In this document: one piece after another, positions 10,638-19,140 of the stretch
Position numbering within the stretch: the first letter of the stretch is position 1
Layout of the letters: each line of letters starts with the position of its first letter
Origin: Oscillospiraceae bacterium
GTDB taxonomy: Bacteria > Bacillota > Clostridia > Oscillospirales > Ruminococcaceae
Assembly (NCBI GenBank): GCA_021201135.1
Contig: JAJQGT010000009.1
Span: 48,715-112,714, forward strand
Length of the DNA stretch: 64,000 nucleotides
Direction: 5' to 3'
Program-made: the position numbers and the translations under genes
The notes under the pieces: generated by a model
Databases searched by the model: none
What the model saw: only the letters and a program-made list of their open reading frames with translations
What the model was told of the DNA's origin: nothing

Positions 10638-12110
10638 TTATCTACGCTTAAATACCCTACGCACCACGGTGTCCAAAGTGTCAAGAAAAAGTCTATTGTT
10701 AGTCACCTTGAAGTAAATCAAACATCCAACACAATAAATAACAACGCCAATGACAATTTGAATCAATAGCGTCAGCACGCCGCTATCAAGGAATCCGCCT
10801 GCGATGTAAACAGTCAAGGACATCAAGATACCCAAAGCAAGGAAGAACACACTATGTTTCAAATAGCTAAATACCGGCAAGTGCTTCGCACAATATACTG
10901 CCTGAACAATGCACACTGTCAACTCTGCAAAAACAGTTCCGACAACCGCTCCTAAAGCACCGAGTCTGCCAATAAGCAATGCGTTTATTATTATGTTGAC
11001 AACAGCACCGAGACAAACAGATATTGTGTATGCCTTGTCCATTCTGTTAGGTATCAGGTATTGAGTCCGTAATACCTGCGCATACGCTTTGACGGGTATT
11101 ATAATGCTCAACAATGCCATCAATATGAAGCAGTCAGAGAATTCTTCGCCCCAGAATACCTGAGGGAAAACTCCGGAAACACCCGCAAGTCCAAAAGCGA
11201 GTGCAAAAGCTATAAATAAAACAACCTGCATTGACGACTCAATGCTTTTCTTCTGACCTTCGGTGTCTCCGTTTGCAACCATATTTGACATTCTCGGCAT
11301 CATTACGGTTCCGAATGCCGCAATTATCGAAAACGCAACAGAAATGATTTTCTCGGAATTCTCATACAGTCCTAGCTGAGTATCGCCTGAGATAGCCCCT
11401 AACATTATCTTATCCATGAGGTTATACAAGCTAATAGCTATAGTAGGTATAAACAGCACAAATAACTGAGGGAGATGTCCTACAACCGACGAAAACGGAA
11501 CCTTTCTGAATTTCACCAACCGGGGGACGAAAGTCCATAAATATACTTGGCTCAGGAAAGACCCAAGAGCAAGAATCAAAACGTATTTCCAGACATCATC
11601 TGCGTTCTTGACAAACACAAAAACACATAACACAGTTACGATCTTGATCAGAGAATTCCGTATGACGGTTACCTTGAAAAACTCAAGACCGTCAAACAGC
11701 CACGTTATATCCAGAACCGCACCGATGACATACAAGCTCTGTATCATTGCATAAGTACGATATTCGCCTGCAAAGCAGAAGATATACACTATGTATCCGA
11801 CCAGAACGATAGATGAAACTATAACATGCAGATAGAAAAGGCTACTGAACGTCTCGTCCAATTTTTCTTCATCATCCCGATTTCGGGCTATTTCCCTGTT
11901 GCCATAGTTCTTTATCCCAAGAGCGGCAAACATAACAAAATAATTTGCTATGGTATAGGTGTACGAATACACCCCAACCCCCGCCGCTCCAAGAACACGG
12001 GATATATACGGCGAAGTTATCAGCGGCAAAATCAACGCCAAAACTTCGTAAACCATCTGATATGCAAAATTTTTTCTTACACTTTCGTGGTGTAATGCGT
12101 TTTGAGACAT
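10638..12110 (-). CDS. wzx: Wzx-type oligosaccharide flippase (MOP/PST family)
   Basis: 490-aa multi-TM ORF with N-terminal polysaccharide-biosynthesis-protein pattern (FAYQMVYEVLALILPLITSPYISRVLG). Confidence 0.85.
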   Translation of the reverse strand: MSQNALHHESVRKNFAYQMVYEVLALILPLITSPYISRVLGAAGVGVYSYTYTIANYFVMFAALGIKNYGNREIARNRDDEEKLDETFSSLFYLHVIVSSIVLVGYIVYIFCFAGEYRTYAMIQSLYVIGAVLDITWLFDGLEFFKVTVIRNSLIKIVTVLCVFVFVKNADDVWKYVLILALGSFLSQVYLWTFVPRLVKFRKVPFSSVVGHLPQLFVLFIPTIAISLYNLMDKIMLGAISGDTQLGLYENSEKIISVAFSIIAAFGTVMMPRMSNMVANGDTEGQKKSIESSMQVVLFIAFALAFGLAGVSGVFPQVFWGEEFSDCFILMALLSIIIPVKAYAQVLRTQYLIPNRMDKAYTISVCLGAVVNIIINALLIGRLGALGAVVGTVFAELTVCIVQAVYCAKHLPVFSYLKHSVFFLALGILMSLTVYIAGGFLDSGVLTLLIQIVIGVVIYCVGCLIYFKVTNNRLFLDTLDTVVRRVFKRR

Positions 12111-12137
12111 TATTTTAACTCCTGTAGCAGGTATACT

Positions 12138-13400
12138 TTACTGAAGAGTCTTTCTCAATACAAACTTATATTTTTTGGCGCTATTTTTTACAACTGTTCC
12201 ATCATACTCTCTAACATAATCAATATTCATAGCCAAAACAAACATCGGATAGAATAATACCGTAGACGTTATAGATTCCGTTATACTCATTACTAAAAAA
12301 CAGCACAAAGCGAAAAGAATTATTTTGCTACCTATATAGTCGCTATTCTTCCATAGTTGTATGCTCGAGAAAATAACAATCATCACAAAAACCAAGATGA
12401 GTGCCACGCCACCAATCATTCCTAGGTATAGCAATAGATTATGTGGATGGGTGTATACCCTATGCCCTAACATCTCACCAAACTCGTTTGACGACAAATA
12501 TCCATATCCAAACAATGGTTTTTCTGCTATATACATAAACGCTTTCGCCCAACATGTTAATCTGGTTGTAAAGGTTAAATCCCTTCCTAAAACGCCTTCA
12601 ATCAACCATGCAAAATTATTTTGCACTCCAAAGAACAGGATTGCAACAAACATAAGTACAACAGCAATAAAGACATTTATTAGAGAAAAGACTTTCGGCA
12701 ACCGTTTTTCTTTCTGATGAAAAAGTAATAGCAATAGCACAAAAATAGTAAACCCAACCAACGCTGTCGAAGAATCTGCCAAAACAAAAGTAAGCATTGA
12801 ACATATCATCAGCACATAACTGCGAATGGTAATTCTGTTCTTTTCCCAGTAAGATCTTATCAAACTCACAGACACTATCGGTAATATTGTTCTTATTTGT
12901 GGATTTTTGTACCCCAAAAACCAGTTATGTGAATACAATTCACTCTTATACATACCATCTGGAAACAAGAGTACAGTAAAAAGGTTAATATAAATGTATA
13001 TTTCTAATATTCCGATTGCATTGAAAAGTACTCTAACGTTATGTTTGCTCCACAAATCAATCATCAAACACATTCCCAAAATTGGAAAGTATGTAGCACA
13101 ATATTCATACACGTTTCCACTTCCGAAAATCGTTGTTAGTAAAATCGTCCCAAAGAACAAGTAGATACAAATGGACGATATATTCCATTTTCTTTCGATA
13201 ACTGATAAAATCAGAAGAAATACTGTAAAAAAGAGTTGAGCATATGTATATACATCATCTAATACTTCAAACTGCCCAAAATACGCCGGCTCAACAAACA
13301 CCATAGCCAAAATAACCGCAAAAATCTGACTATCATATATTGACTTCCCGTTAATTCTTAAATCCAAACTACCATCTCCCCAAAGATAAATAATAATCAC
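12138..13400 (-). CDS. wzy: Wzy-type polymerase / O-antigen-ligase-family membrane protein
   Basis: 420-aa polytopic ORF with a Wzy_C-like loop (GYGYLSS...HPHNLLLYLGMIGG). The GTG start is uncertain. Confidence 0.75.
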   Translation of the reverse strand: MIIIYLWGDGSLDLRINGKSIYDSQIFAVILAMVFVEPAYFGQFEVLDDVYTYAQLFFTVFLLILSVIERKWNISSICIYLFFGTILLTTIFGSGNVYEYCATYFPILGMCLMIDLWSKHNVRVLFNAIGILEIYIYINLFTVLLFPDGMYKSELYSHNWFLGYKNPQIRTILPIVSVSLIRSYWEKNRITIRSYVLMICSMLTFVLADSSTALVGFTIFVLLLLLFHQKEKRLPKVFSLINVFIAVVLMFVAILFFGVQNNFAWLIEGVLGRDLTFTTRLTCWAKAFMYIAEKPLFGYGYLSSNEFGEMLGHRVYTHPHNLLLYLGMIGGVALILVFVMIVIFSSIQLWKNSDYIGSKIILFALCCFLVMSITESITSTVLFYPMFVLAMNIDYVREYDGTVVKNSAKKYKFVLRKTLQ

Positions 13401-13560
13401 TTAGGACATTACCAAAACTACATGACAAAGTATTAAACAGAATATAATGTCCATATTGCTATGAATATCTTTTCAGCAGATGTATAATCAATTTTTCTGA
13501 ACCTGATTATCATATTTTTCCTTCCTTGATATGCCTTAACTTCAGAATAAAACATCTCGC

Positions 13561-14466
13561 CTATCTCAGCAAGGCATTTATTTTTCTTGTTTTCTGCCTA
13601 TAGAGCAGACAGATTCTCAATATCCCCAACTTGCACGCAACATACTTCAAGTAGCTTTTTGCGCTGTGAGAAAGTCGGCATAATTCTTTTAGTTCTGCCG
13701 ATGCATCATAGCCTGCGAGAGTCTTACTGGTAGAATACCTGTTTAAAAGTGTAATTTGAAGCCCAACGTTGTCTGCATAACAATTTTCGAATTTGTGATA
13801 CAAATATAAATCATTCCCCATTCGAGCCTCATAATCAAACGCCATATTAAGAGTGATTGAGACCTTCTGCATATACTGGTCAACCAAAGGCTCGGCTAAC
13901 AAGTAAAATGAGTATTTCTCCCCTGCCCGTATTGACCACTCATAATCCTGAGATTTCCTGACATTTGTATCAAACAGACAATCTTTAAAGACATAGCTCT
14001 TAGCGAATATCGTTTGTGTGCTGACTCCTCCTTTTTCACACAAGGTTTCATACGCCACAAATCCTTCGCTAATTTCAATAGGAAATAAGAATGTTTTGTT
14101 GCCCTCAACACTGTGTTTCATAAGAACACAAAAGCAAACATCAGCACTCGATTTATTTAACACTTCTATTTGAGTTTCTAACTTATGCTCTCGCCAAACG
14201 TCATCACTGTCCTGAAAAGCTATATATTCACCGACAGCCAATTCAATGCCTTTATTCCTCGCAGCACAGGCACCGGAATTATGTTCCAATCTGTAATACC
14301 TCACCCTGCCGTCATTAATTGATTGGACAACTTCTGCTGTATTATCGGTTGAGCCATCATCGACAACAATACATTCCAGATCGCTGTAGGTCTGGTTCAA
14401 CACACTTCGTATTGATCTTTCAATGGTTTCGCTTCTGTTGTAAGTAGGAATTATAACTGAAATCAT
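13561..14466 (-). CDS. Glycosyltransferase family 2
   Basis: MISVIIPTYNR..., VDDGSTD and QDSDD motifs. I chose the ATG at 14466, which overlaps the stop of the upstream small ORF by ATGA. Confidence 0.88.
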   Translation of the reverse strand: MISVIIPTYNRSETIERSIRSVLNQTYSDLECIVVDDGSTDNTAEVVQSINDGRVRYYRLEHNSGACAARNKGIELAVGEYIAFQDSDDVWREHKLETQIEVLNKSSADVCFCVLMKHSVEGNKTFLFPIEISEGFVAYETLCEKGGVSTQTIFAKSYVFKDCLFDTNVRKSQDYEWSIRAGEKYSFYLLAEPLVDQYMQKVSITLNMAFDYEARMGNDLYLYHKFENCYADNVGLQITLLNRYSTSKTLAGYDASAELKELCRLSHSAKSYLKYVACKLGILRICLLYRQKTRKINALLR

Positions 14467-14627
14467 GCGGCAACACCCCATCTTGAAAGGGTGTCCACTG
14501 TTGACTTGTCAATAAGCGCATAAGCCTTCACATCAGGCAAAGCCTTTTTAGATTCAATAGATAAAATGACCTGTTCAAGGTAAGTATCGTTCTCGTTACT
14601 TACCAGGACATACAGTGCATCCAACAA
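14463..14627 (-). pseudogene. 54-codon ORF resembling only the N-terminus of a GT8/GT-A glycosyltransferase (probable gene remnant)
   Basis: GGAGG followed by a TTG start. The peptide MLDALYVLVSNENDTYLEQVILSIESKKALPDVKAYALIDKST parallels the N-terminus of the GT8 at 4899-5915. It is far too short to be a GT. Confidence 0.35.
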
Positions 14628-14685
14628 TTAATTTTTCCTCCAAATCAGTCGTCGGAACACTGTAAGTACAATTGCAAGGCTTAAA

Positions 14686-15623
14686 TCATGAAGCGTTCCA
14701 ACGTTTATTTTTTATTTTTGTTCTTAACTTTAAACACATGCTTGCGACATGCGGAAGGAAGGTTGAAAAATACAAGGGCACAACTTTAAAATTATGACCT
14801 TTCAAAATTGCTTCTTTAAAGTACTTCTTCGCATCTTCAAAAGCTTCATTCCTCAGACATAATTTTCCCAGATATTCATTGTATACAGCGAATATTTTTG
14901 CAGTACCCCCCCACATGACGAGGCTGACTCAAGCAACTTATTCATTACCATTTTTGTACCTTCCTCTCTTTTGCGCCAATTTCCGCTGATTCTTTGATGA
15001 CTGTCATCACAATGTAGCGTAACAAGCGGTTTTCTTATATATTTAACACTTCCGAATTTGCAGACGCGAAGCCACATATCAAAATCCTGTCTGGCAGGAA
15101 GGGCAGTATCAAACAAACCGGCTTTATACAATGCTTCTTTCTTTACAGTTACAGCACTGGTCTGATTAACAATATCCTTAAAGATTAAATCATTATATAT
15201 GTAGCCGTCCTCATGGGTATGGCTCGTAATCCTGCTAGTTCCGTCAGAAAACAGGGCGATAAGATCGCAGGATGTCAATGAAAAAGAACCAGACATATAT
15301 GCCTTCGACACTTCTTCAAGATATGTTTCATCCCACTCGTCGTCGCTATCCAAAAAAGCTATGACCTCGCCGTTGGCATTCTCTATCCCCGTATTCCTTG
15401 CCGCATTTGCCCCAAGGTTGTCGGAATGAAAAATAAACCTCACCCGCTCGTCCGCCATCTCGGAATACTCTTTGATTTCGTCCTTCCATTCAGAGCCCGC
15501 TTCATTATCATCGACAACAATAATTTCAAAGTCATTGTATGTCTGGTTCAGAACACTTTTGATAGAGCGTTCAAGCATCTGGTGATGAGTTTTATAAGTT
15601 GGTATAATAACAGAAATAAGCAT
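14686..15623 (-). pseudogene. Glycosyltransferase family 2 split by a frameshift at a G7 tract (catalytic part 14853-15623, C-terminal helical part 14686-14916)
   Basis: MLISVIIPTYK, VDDNEAGS and LDSDDEWD motifs. The reading frame ends 50 nt after the G7 tract. The -1/+2 frame continues as WGGTAKIFAVYNEYLGKLCLRNEAFEDAKKYFKEAILKG..., a typical GT2 C-terminal extension. Confidence 0.65.
14906..14912 (-). repeat. G7 homopolymer at the GT2 frameshift point
   Basis: Plus strand reads gcagtaCCCCCCCacat. G8 (or G5) would fuse the two GT2 ORF pieces. Confidence 0.95.
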
Positions 15624-15727
15624 AATTCCATCCTTCATTCATAGCTTCAAACACAGTTTTTAGTACAAAAAGTCATCTTTTCATCCGTAAAATTCAAGCA
15701 CTTACTGATGTATCTGCAACGGTTGCA

Positions 15728-17692
15728 TTATATCCTTTTCGCTTTCATCGAATACCTATGCACAGTCTCAACATATGCTTTCGGAATCCCCACATCAAAG
15801 CTTTCTCCATCAATGAGAACGCCTGTAACGTCTTTTTCTTCGAGAACCTTGCAAAGAGTGGATGTAAGCTGTATCTCTGAATTGTCACCGTTTGCGTCAT
15901 GCTCGGCTATATCCTTTTCGAGGAAATCAAAAACATCCGGTGTAAGTACATATTGCCCGAAAGTGCAATAGTAATTTTTCACATTGCCTTTGCCTGATAC
16001 ACCAAGATATTCTTTTGCGTATTCGACAGTAGGCTTTTCGCATATCTCGGTAACATTCATTATGGGTGTCTTACTGTTTTCAAAATTGCCCTTGAGAATA
16101 CCGTAATGAACCACATTCTCAAGCTCAACAGGCTTTATAGAAACCGTCAACTGACCACCGGAGCGCCTGTATGCCTTAATGGTCTGCATAGTACAGCTTG
16201 TAGCTGTATTACTTCTGTAGATAAAGTCTCCCAACATAAGCAATACCGGCTCATTGTCAAGATACTTTCTTGCCTGATACACCGCATGTCCGAAGCCTCT
16301 GCGTTCCTCTTGAACAGCAAACCTAAGCTTCTTTCCTATCTTTGAGATAACACGTTCGTAATCACGCACTCTCTCCGGCAACTTTGCAATATGCTCCTCG
16401 GAAAGCGTATCACCAAACATCTTTTGAAATTCGAGCAACTCATCTTTTCCTACTATCAGGATAATCTCCTCTATGCCCGCTTCGTCAAGTTCCTCAAGAA
16501 GATACATAAGAACCGGCTTTGCAGTGCCGTTTTCATCAACTATGGGAAGAAACTCTTTTTTTACAAACCTTGTTTCGGGATACATTCTTGTTCCGAATCC
16601 TGCAACGGGAATGACTGCTTTTCTTACTCTGTCACTTGCGGGTAACTTGAAGGAATATGCTTCGAGACCGATGCTGTTAAGGTAATCGACGAGCCCTTGC
16701 TGATTTTCCTCGTCTTTTGCAACGAACTGCACCATGCCGTCTCCTTGCGAGCCGACACCCTTGCCTCCAAAACTGAATTCCATTACCTTCGGATCGTTCA
16801 AAACAGAATGAAGTTTAGGAGCAGTAAGCTCCTCGGGACAACCGATAGCTATCTTTTCATCAAAAATGCGCTGAGCTTCGGTCATCAGTTCGCCCAATCT
16901 TCTGGCGTCGCCATCAGCAATAGCCTTTGACGCCTCGGAAACTATTCTGCGATTATCCGAGCCGAGACCTTCATGAATTTTTCTATCTGTGTCCGTCTGA
17001 GCAAAAGGATACGCCTTGTTTAAATCGGAAAGAATCTTCTTTGTATTCTTCTTGGCTTTAAGGTCGGCAAATACCATATACAAGCTTTTACCGACTTTGA
17101 GCTTGTCCACAAATATATCGTCTCCGGAAAACTCCATGCAAACAGGATTTATGCCATATGCACAAGCCTGATCCATTCTTCCGCAACGTGAGCTTGTAAG
17201 CATCTCTCCACGATACGCTGCTTGCATCTCGCCATTCACATTCATTTTCAGATGATAAAGCTCATTGAATGCCCTTGCAACAAGAACACATATAGCCGCA
17301 CTTGAGGACAACCCCTTTTTTATCGGAAGTGTGACCTTGTTTATTGTTAAGGAAATGCCACCTATCCGATAATTCTCAAGGAGATACGCCGCCACTCCAC
17401 AGGCATAGCAAAAATAATTCGGTTTAGCTGCTTCATCACGAAGCGTTTTCAAATCCATTTCACACGAAAACGAAACCGTATTGCCCTTTTTATCTAATGA
17501 AACAACAGAAAACTTATCGTTCTTGCTTGCATTTGCATATATTCCAAGGTCTATTCCCGTAACTATTGCATAGCCCGGCAACACCTCAGCATTCATATCT
17601 GTGTATCTGCCCGCCCAGTCTGTATGTTCCCCAAAAAGGCACAACCTGCCAGGGACAAATAGCTCTATTGATTCCATAATATCAGCCCTCAT
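15728..17692 (-). CDS. Bifunctional sugar-1-kinase (GHMP family) / sugar-1-phosphate nucleotidyltransferase (UDP-sugar pyrophosphorylase-like)
   Basis: 654 aa. The N-terminus has GRLCLFGEHTDWAG and PIKKGLSSSAA GHMP motifs. From about aa 355, KAVIPVAGFGTRMYPETRFVKKEFLPIVD is GalU-type. An alternative start is the ATG at 17677. Confidence 0.8.
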   Translation of the reverse strand: MRADIMESIELFVPGRLCLFGEHTDWAGRYTDMNAEVLPGYAIVTGIDLGIYANASKNDKFSVVSLDKKGNTVSFSCEMDLKTLRDEAAKPNYFCYACGVAAYLLENYRIGGISLTINKVTLPIKKGLSSSAAICVLVARAFNELYHLKMNVNGEMQAAYRGEMLTSSRCGRMDQACAYGINPVCMEFSGDDIFVDKLKVGKSLYMVFADLKAKKNTKKILSDLNKAYPFAQTDTDRKIHEGLGSDNRRIVSEASKAIADGDARRLGELMTEAQRIFDEKIAIGCPEELTAPKLHSVLNDPKVMEFSFGGKGVGSQGDGMVQFVAKDEENQQGLVDYLNSIGLEAYSFKLPASDRVRKAVIPVAGFGTRMYPETRFVKKEFLPIVDENGTAKPVLMYLLEELDEAGIEEIILIVGKDELLEFQKMFGDTLSEEHIAKLPERVRDYERVISKIGKKLRFAVQEERRGFGHAVYQARKYLDNEPVLLMLGDFIYRSNTATSCTMQTIKAYRRSGGQLTVSIKPVELENVVHYGILKGNFENSKTPIMNVTEICEKPTVEYAKEYLGVSGKGNVKNYYCTFGQYVLTPDVFDFLEKDIAEHDANGDNSEIQLTSTLCKVLEEKDVTGVLIDGESFDVGIPKAYVETVHRYSMKAKRI

Positions 17693-18553
17693 TTACTGAT
17701 TATCTCTTTTGAATACCACACCTACAGTGCCAAGAATAATCTTAATATCCGTTAAGAAAGAACGTTCTTTTATGTACCGCAGATCATACTCAATCCACTT
17801 ATCAAAATCATCATGAGCCGTCGGATCAAGAGCCGCATAGCACGAAAGACCGGGTTTAACTAACAGACGTTGAGATTGATATTCATCACAAGCCGCCTGT
17901 TCCGATACAGGAAGCGGTCTCGGTCCAATAATAGACATTTCGCCCTTTACCACGTTAATTAATTGTGGTAATTCATCTAGGCTTGTTTTACGAATAAATC
18001 TACCTACTTTTGTGATTCGTGGGTCATCCTCTATTTTAAAGATAGGACCGTCAGCCTTGTTTTTCTCCATCAGTCCGGGTTTAAGTTTCTCCGCATCGAC
18101 AACCATGCTACGAAATTTATACATTTTGAAGTTCTTGCCGTTCTTCCCTGTCCTTTCTTGTACAAAGAAGGGATTGCCGAAATCATCAACCATGATACAT
18201 ATCGCGGTTATGGCAAAAACAGGGCTCAAAACAATTAATCCCAAAAGCGATACTATAACGTCAAAAAGCCTTTTAACAAAATCGTAAAAAGGCTTCTTAA
18301 TAAATACAAAATCCTCTGCACGCTTAATAAGGCGATAGACCTTTTTGGAAGATTCAACCTCCTCCCGAGTGATAAGATCGCCCTTATCTCCGTCGGGATT
18401 GCCCTCGCCGTGTGATGTTTCTGTTATTTCTATTTCTGTCTCTTTAATCTCTGAATATGTACGCTCTTCGCTATCGACTTTTGCTGTCGAAGCTAAAGCC
18501 AATACCTCACTCTGCATTGCTTTACCAGCCTTCCACGAGCTATTCAAATACAA
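17693..18553 (-). CDS. Initiating undecaprenyl-phosphate sugar-phosphate transferase (bacterial sugar transferase, WbaP/CpsE-like)
   Basis: FKMYKFRSM...DDPRITKVGRFIRKTSLDELPQL...GPRP motifs. The start may be the ATG at 18517 rather than the TTG at 18553. Confidence 0.88.
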   Translation of the reverse strand: MYLNSSWKAGKAMQSEVLALASTAKVDSEERTYSEIKETEIEITETSHGEGNPDGDKGDLITREEVESSKKVYRLIKRAEDFVFIKKPFYDFVKRLFDVIVSLLGLIVLSPVFAITAICIMVDDFGNPFFVQERTGKNGKNFKMYKFRSMVVDAEKLKPGLMEKNKADGPIFKIEDDPRITKVGRFIRKTSLDELPQLINVVKGEMSIIGPRPLPVSEQAACDEYQSQRLLVKPGLSCYAALDPTAHDDFDKWIEYDLRYIKERSFLTDIKIILGTVGVVFKRDNQ

Positions 18554-18660
18554 TGTTGAAAATTATAATGTTCCTCTATCCCGGAGTCGGCGCCGCTCGC
18601 CGTCCGCGTGAGCTCTTCTCAACATATGCCCACTCACCTTATCTCTAATCCACAACCTAC

Positions 18661-18689
18661 ATTATAACAAAGAATACGCCTATTGTCAA
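18661..18689 (-). promoter_or_regulatory. Sigma-A-type promoter of the EPS operon
   Basis: Minus strand reads TTGACA, 17 nt, TATAAT, about 110-145 nt upstream of the first EPS gene. Confidence 0.6.
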
Positions 18690-18787
18690 CAGTGCAATTT
18701 GTTATTTTATTGAGGTTTGGAAATTGTGTACAAACAAAACTTTGTGGACGAAACCCAAATTATCAATTTTTACGGCGGAGCCGTGTA

Positions 18788-18794
18788 CCCCCCC
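18788..18794 (-). repeat. G7 homopolymer about 100 nt upstream of the EPS promoter -35
   Basis: Plus strand reads gtgtaCCCCCCCacaaaa, in an intergenic region. Confidence 0.95.
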
Positions 18795-18898
18795 ACAAAA
18801 TATCAGGATATTCAACAGTTACTCAAATTCAATCACAATTTTGTGGAATATGTTTTTATACAAGTACGGAAATTTTTGCCGCAGATTTTTTTCAGTCA

Positions 18899-19009
18899 TC
18901 AATCTTCGTTTTCTTTTCGGAGACTTATACCGCTCGTTCCCATAAAGAAGAGAAGCACCAAGACCCCGAAGGTTCCTCCGACCATCATTCCCAACAAGAA
19001 GCACAGCAT
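18899..19009 (-). CDS. 36-aa hydrophobic peptide (MLCFLLGMMVGGTFGVLVLLFFMGTSGISLRKENED)
   Basis: GGGAGGG lies 7 nt upstream of the ATG. The peptide has a single predicted TM segment and a charged tail, and has its own promoter at 19028-19056. It is below the ORF-track size cut-off. Confidence 0.45.
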   Translation of the reverse strand: MLCFLLGMMVGGTFGVLVLLFFMGTSGISLRKENED

Positions 19010-19014
19010 AGCTC

Positions 19015-19111
19015 AGCCCTCCCGAATAATATAGCATAGTTTGCCCGAAATGTCAAAGGAAATTCCGACCGATCGAAGCAAACTATACTATTATTATATT
19101 CGGAAAGGGCT
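19015..19111. repeat. Long imperfect inverted repeat (arms about 30/34 nt, loop about 33 nt) downstream of the radical-SAM gene
   Basis: Left arm is AGCCCTCCCGAATAATATAGCATAGTTTGC. The reverse complement of the right arm is AGCCCTTTCCGAATATAATAATAGTATAGTTTGC. Confidence 0.7.
19028..19056 (-). promoter_or_regulatory. Candidate promoter for the 36-aa peptide gene
   Basis: Minus strand reads TTGACA, 17 nt, TATATT. Confidence 0.45.
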
Positions 19112-19140
19112 TAAAAACACGCGTAGCATCAAAAATTCCG

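Noticed and set aside
13401-13560. 26-codon ORF (MIIRFRKIDYTSAEKIFIAIWTLYSV) with an RBS upstream of wzy; possible frameshifted wzy N-terminus
   Set aside because: It is too short and has no homopolymer or other obvious slippage site. A wzy ORF starting at the GTG at 13400 is also plausible, so it is mentioned only within the locus-decay finding.
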